64,000 nt of DNA from assembly GCF_963974615.1 (NCBI RefSeq), contig NZ_CAXBDH010000012.1, positions 29,270 to 93,269 on the forward strand, in the 5' to 3' direction. Under the pieces are notes generated by a model. It saw nothing but the letters and a program-made list of their open reading frames with translations. It had not been told where the DNA came from and made no database searches. Position numbers and translations under genes: made by a program. Origin of the DNA: an uncultured Brevundimonas sp. GTDB taxonomy: Bacteria; Pseudomonadota; Alphaproteobacteria; Caulobacterales; Caulobacteraceae. This document shows, one piece after another, positions 61,490-64,000 of this stretch (positions are counted from its first letter, which is position 1; every line of letters begins with the position of its first letter).

Positions 61490-62629
61490 ATGGCTCCAGT
61501 CGCAAGGAAAGGGCGCGGTGCCCGCACCAACGCCAGTGGCCGGTTCGAACCGGTGGTCCACGAGGCCGTCGATGACGGCTGGACCGACGAAGACCAGACC
61601 CCCGCGCCCCTGCGCACCACCCTGACGCCGGAACACGCCCGCACCATCATCACCAAAAACACCAGTCCGGATGTCGGTTTCGACCGCTCCATCAACCCGT
61701 ACAAAGGTTGCGAACATGGCTGTATCTACTGCTACGCCCGTCCGTCCCATGCCTTCATGGGCCTATCCCCGGGCCTGGATTTCGAGAGCCGCCTCTTCTT
61801 CAAACCCGAAGGCGCGCGTCTGCTGGAACAGGAGCTCGCCGCCCCCCGCTACCGATGCAAACGCATCCACCTGGGCGGCAACACCGACCCCTACCAGCCG
61901 GTCGAGCGCGATCTGAACATCACCCGGGACCTGCTGCAGGTCCTGCAACGCTTCAACCAGCCGTTCAGCATCATCACCAAATCGGTGCTGATCGCCCGCG
62001 ACGTCGACATCCTCGGCCCGATGGGCCGCGCCGGCCTGACCCAGGCGATGGTTTCGATCACCACCCTCGACCGCGCCCTGGCCCGGACCATGGAGCCGCG
62101 CGCCTCGACCCCGACCAAACGACTCGAGGCGATCCGCAAGCTGGCCGACGCCGGCGTGCCCGTCGGGGTCGGTTTCGCCCCGGTCATCCCCGGTCTCAAC
62201 GATCATGAGCTGGAATCGGTGCTTGAGGCTGCGGCCGCAGCCGGGGCCACCTCGGCCATGTATGTGATCCTGCGCCTGCCGCTGGAGATCAAGGATCTGT
62301 TCCGCGAATGGCTGGCCGACGCCCGCCCCGACCGTGCGGCGCGGGTCATGTCGCTGATCCGCCAGACCCGCGGTGGCAAGGACTACGATCCCGACTGGTC
62401 GCAACGCATGCGCGGCACCGGCCCCGTCGCCGACCTGATCGCCGCCCGCTTCAGGGCCGCCGTTAAACGCTATGGCCTCGATACTCCCCGCCTCCCGCTG
62501 GACGTGACACAATTCCGGGTGCCACCCGACATGAAGACGCAGATGGATCTCTTCGACCTCCCTTCCCCCCTTGCGGGGGAAGGTGGCTCGCAGCGCGAGA
62601 CGGATGGGGGCCTGCCGGATGCAGCCTGA
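61490..62629 (+). CDS. PA0069-family radical SAM protein
   Basis: KGRGARTNASGRF N-terminus and CEHGCIYC (CxxxCxxC) cluster motif. The last 22 codons (PSPLAGEGGSQRETDGGLPDAA) are encoded by repeat A1. Confidence 0.85.
   Translation: MAPVARKGRGARTNASGRFEPVVHEAVDDGWTDEDQTPAPLRTTLTPEHARTIITKNTSPDVGFDRSINPYKGCEHGCIYCYARPSHAFMGLSPGLDFESRLFFKPEGARLLEQELAAPRYRCKRIHLGGNTDPYQPVERDLNITRDLLQVLQRFNQPFSIITKSVLIARDVDILGPMGRAGLTQAMVSITTLDRALARTMEPRASTPTKRLEAIRKLADAGVPVGVGFAPVIPGLNDHELESVLEAAAAAGATSAMYVILRLPLEIKDLFREWLADARPDRAARVMSLIRQTRGGKDYDPDWSQRMRGTGPVADLIAARFRAAVKRYGLDTPRLPLDVTQFRVPPDMKTQMDLFDLPSPLAGEGGSQRETDGGLPDAA
62561..62626 (+). repeat. Repeat A1: left terminal element of DUF559 cassette 1
   Basis: 66 nt. 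Carries the hairpin CCTTCCCCC-N5-GGGGGAAGG (62561-62583). Identical to A2 (63021-63087) apart from one extra C in A2. Contains the DUF559 ATG. Confidence 0.85.
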
Positions 62630-63269
62630 GCAAACCATCAGACGCGCGCGCCGTCTGCGCAAGACGACGACCCATGCCGAAACCTACCTCTGGACCCTGC
62701 TCCGTGACCGGCAGCTCGATGGCCTTCGCTTCCGTCGCCAGGTTCCGATCGGAGACTATGTCATCGATTTCGCCTGTCTGTCGGCGCGGTTGATCGTCGA
62801 AGCGGACGGCGGGGTGCACGTGTTGAGGACTTTTGACGACGGGAAGCGGGACGCCTGGCTCCGGAGTCAGAATTTTACCGTGGTCCGCTTCCGTAACGCG
62901 CAGATCATGGATCGGCCGCATGAGGTTATAGCCGCCATCCGTGCGGCGGCCACACCCCCATCCGAGCGGCTGCGCCGCCCACCTTCCCCCGAAATGGGGG
63001 AAGGGATCGCAACACCTTGTCCTTCCCCCCCTTGCGGGGGAAGGTGGCTCGCAGCGCGAGACGGATGGGGGCCTGCCGGATGCAGCCAGAATCGCCGATC
63101 AGGTGCCCCGCCGTCTGCGCAAGGTGCTGATCCCCGCCAAGACACACCTGCGGACCCGAATGCCCGGCACGAGAAAATTGCTGACATCCCTGCGGGAGCA
63201 ACACCCCCATCCGAGCGGCTGCACCGCCCACCTTCCCCCGAAATGGGGGAAGGCGTTCGAGGCGCCTAG
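62619..63269 (+). CDS. DUF559 (Vsr-like/PD-(D/E)XK) endonuclease domain protein; the C-terminal ~105 aa of the ORF reads through repeat elements
   Basis: ARRLRKTTTHAETYLWTLLRDRQLDGLRFRRQVPIGDYVIDFACLSARLIVEADGG...VVRFRNAQI matches the DUF559 signature. The conserved domain ends near 62950. No in-frame stop occurs until 63269, so the functional C-terminus is uncertain. Confidence 0.7.
   Translation: MQPEQTIRRARRLRKTTTHAETYLWTLLRDRQLDGLRFRRQVPIGDYVIDFACLSARLIVEADGGVHVLRTFDDGKRDAWLRSQNFTVVRFRNAQIMDRPHEVIAAIRAAATPPSERLRRPPSPEMGEGIATPCPSPPCGGRWLAARDGWGPAGCSQNRRSGAPPSAQGADPRQDTPADPNARHEKIADIPAGATPPSERLHRPPSPEMGEGVRGA
62951..63004 (+). repeat. Repeat B1: right terminal element of cassette 1, an imperfect inverted copy of A
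   Basis: CACACCCCCATCCGAGCGGCTGCGCCGCCCACCTTCCCCCGAAATGGGGGAAGG. It shares the CCCCCATCCG and CCACCTTCCCCC-N-GGGGGAAGG cores with the reverse complement of A1. Near-identical to B2. Confidence 0.8.
63021..63087 (+). repeat. Repeat A2: left terminal element of cassette 2
   Basis: Same sequence as A1 with a C7 tract instead of C6. Same hairpin. Confidence 0.85.
63080..63198 (+). pseudogene. Internally deleted, frameshifted DUF559 remnant
   Basis: Starts at the same repeat-borne ATGCAGCC. Retains ...CGCCGTCTGCGCAAG... (RRLRK) and the following ~45 nt in diverged form, with a 1-nt deletion before it. It then joins directly to the last ~40 nt of the DUF559 ORF (…CATCCCTGCGGGAGCAACACCCCC vs …CATCCGTGCGGCGGCCACACCCCC). 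About 118 nt remain of roughly 330. Confidence 0.7.
63199..63252 (+). repeat. Repeat B2: right terminal element of cassette 2
   Basis: Differs from B1 only by one inserted A near the 5' end and one G-to-A change. Same hairpin CCTTCCCCC-GAAAT-GGGGGAAGG. Confidence 0.8.
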
Positions 63270-63673
63270 TCCTCCTCAGCCCCCGCCGGATCGATCGCGC
63301 GGGTGACCAGATCGCGCCAGACCGGGTCCGTATCATCGACCAGATCGACATCCTCCAGCAGGGCCACGGCCCCGCCGCCGTCGGGCAGGATCAGGCCCAG
63401 AACCTCCATCTCCTCGCCATCCGGGCCCAGATGCGTCTCGGCTTGGACCGCCACAGCCGCCTGTTCACCGTCGTCGTCCCACCAGATCAGCGGCTGGGGC
63501 AGATCCATCGTGATCGTCCGCGGATCGTCGGTGTCGCTGAGCGCGAACACCGCCCGGCGCGCCTGCACATCGTCCAGAGTCGCTACGGCTCCGATGAACG
63601 GCACCAGCCGGTTCCAGTCGTCAGCGTCGAATCCGCCGCCGTCCTCGTGGGGCAGGTTGTCATTCATCGTCAT
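63266..63673 (-). CDS. Hypothetical highly acidic protein
   Basis: 135-aa ORF from MTMNDNLPHEDGGG..., very rich in Asp/Glu. ATGA overlap with the upstream methyltransferase gene stop. No family recognised. Confidence 0.5.
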   Translation of the reverse strand: MTMNDNLPHEDGGGFDADDWNRLVPFIGAVATLDDVQARRAVFALSDTDDPRTITMDLPQPLIWWDDDGEQAAVAVQAETHLGPDGEEMEVLGLILPDGGGAVALLEDVDLVDDTDPVWRDLVTRAIDPAGAEED

Positions 63674-64000
63674 CGCCGGAACACCCCGACCAGCTCGACA
63701 TGGGCCGACCACAGGAACTGGTCGATCGGCGTGACCCGCTCCAGCACGAAGCCGGCGTCGATCAGCACCCGGGCGTCGCGGGCGAAGGTCTGGGGGTTGC
63801 ACGACACGCCGACGACCACGGCCGCCCTGGTATCGACGATCTGCAGCGTCTGATCGATGGCCCCGGCGCGCGGGGGGTCAAACACGATGGCGTCACAGCC
63901 CTTCAGGTCATGCGGCGTCAACGGGCGGCGGAACAGGTCGCGGGCCTCGGCCGTAATCGGCCTCAATCCGGTGGCGGTGCCGAGCCCGCCCTTCAGGGCC
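63670..64000 (-). CDS. Class I SAM-dependent RNA (uracil-5-)methyltransferase, TrmA/RlmD family, C-terminal part (5' end beyond the window)
   Basis: C-terminal motifs DAIVFDPPRAG and VVGVSCNPQTFARD, with a tail F..W..HVE...F, typical of RumA/TrmA-family enzymes. The frame is open to the window edge. Confidence 0.75.
   Translation of the reverse strand, partial: ALKGGLGTATGLRPITAEARDLFRRPLTPHDLKGCDAIVFDPPRAGAIDQTLQIVDTRAAVVVGVSCNPQTFARDARVLIDAGFVLERVTPIDQFLWSAHVELVGVFRR

Noticed and set aside
62561-63252. Possible CRISPR array, given four similar hairpin repeats at short intervals.
   Set aside because: The repeats occur in two inverted orientations (A and B types). Spacings are very unequal (about 324, 16 and 111 nt). 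One interval is a complete protein-coding gene, and no cas genes are present.
61318-63300. Genomic island integrated at tRNA-Leu.
   Set aside because: No integrase, no direct repeat of the tRNA 3' end, and the first downstream gene is a conserved radical SAM housekeeping-type gene. Only the small DUF559 cassettes look accessory.

Overview
The window is 64 kb of a high-GC chromosome that is almost entirely coding. I infer an alphaproteobacterium, most likely Caulobacterales (Brevundimonas/Caulobacter-like). That inference rests on three things: 5-aminolevulinate synthase-type hemA, an orphan motB with no adjacent motA, and the glyA-nrdR-rib-nusB-thiL gene order.

Most of the content is ordinary housekeeping, arranged in long co-directional runs with many 1-nt (TGATG) or 4-nt (ATGA/GTGA/TTGA) stop/start overlaps:
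- 617-16622, all minus strand: hppA, thiL, nusB, ribH, ribBA, ribE, ribD, nrdR, glyA, hemA and a valine-catabolism cluster.
- 23334-38723, minus strand: M48 peptidase, lemA, parC, a dksA-like gene, recO, three inserted genes, era, rnc, lepB, acpS, pdxJ, pyrE, spoT, rpoZ.
- Then folK, smpB, dapA, slt, a TetR-led BtuFCD-like ABC importer, a GT2 glycosyltransferase, RNA methyltransferases, Lrp, an S41 peptidase, hrpB, an APC permease, a 1117-aa autotransporter, tRNA-Leu(TAG) and a PA0069-type radical SAM gene.

I see no CRISPR array, rRNA, integrase, transposase or recognisable defence operon, so no large undescribed multi-gene system is evident.

The features most worth a second look:
1. Two tandem DUF559 endonuclease cassettes, each bounded by hairpin-bearing inverted repeats. 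One is intact and one is internally deleted and frameshifted (62561-63252).
2. A lower-GC DUF4160/DUF2442 two-gene module wedged between hemB and ppiA.
3. A roughly 100-residue His/Asp-rich N-terminal tail on signal peptidase I.
4. Two tandem exported methyltransferase-fold paralogs inside the valine-catabolism operon.
5. Three accessory genes inserted into the conserved rnc-era-recO operon.
6. A reductase-only ribD, and a ribH with no canonical start codon available.

Caveats:
- The ORF track writes M for GTG and TTG starts as well as ATG; I checked this against the DNA at several genes.
- Many long track ORFs are antisense or out-of-frame shadows typical of high-GC DNA.
- Several gene starts were re-placed using conserved N-termini and stop/start overlaps, and they remain inferences.
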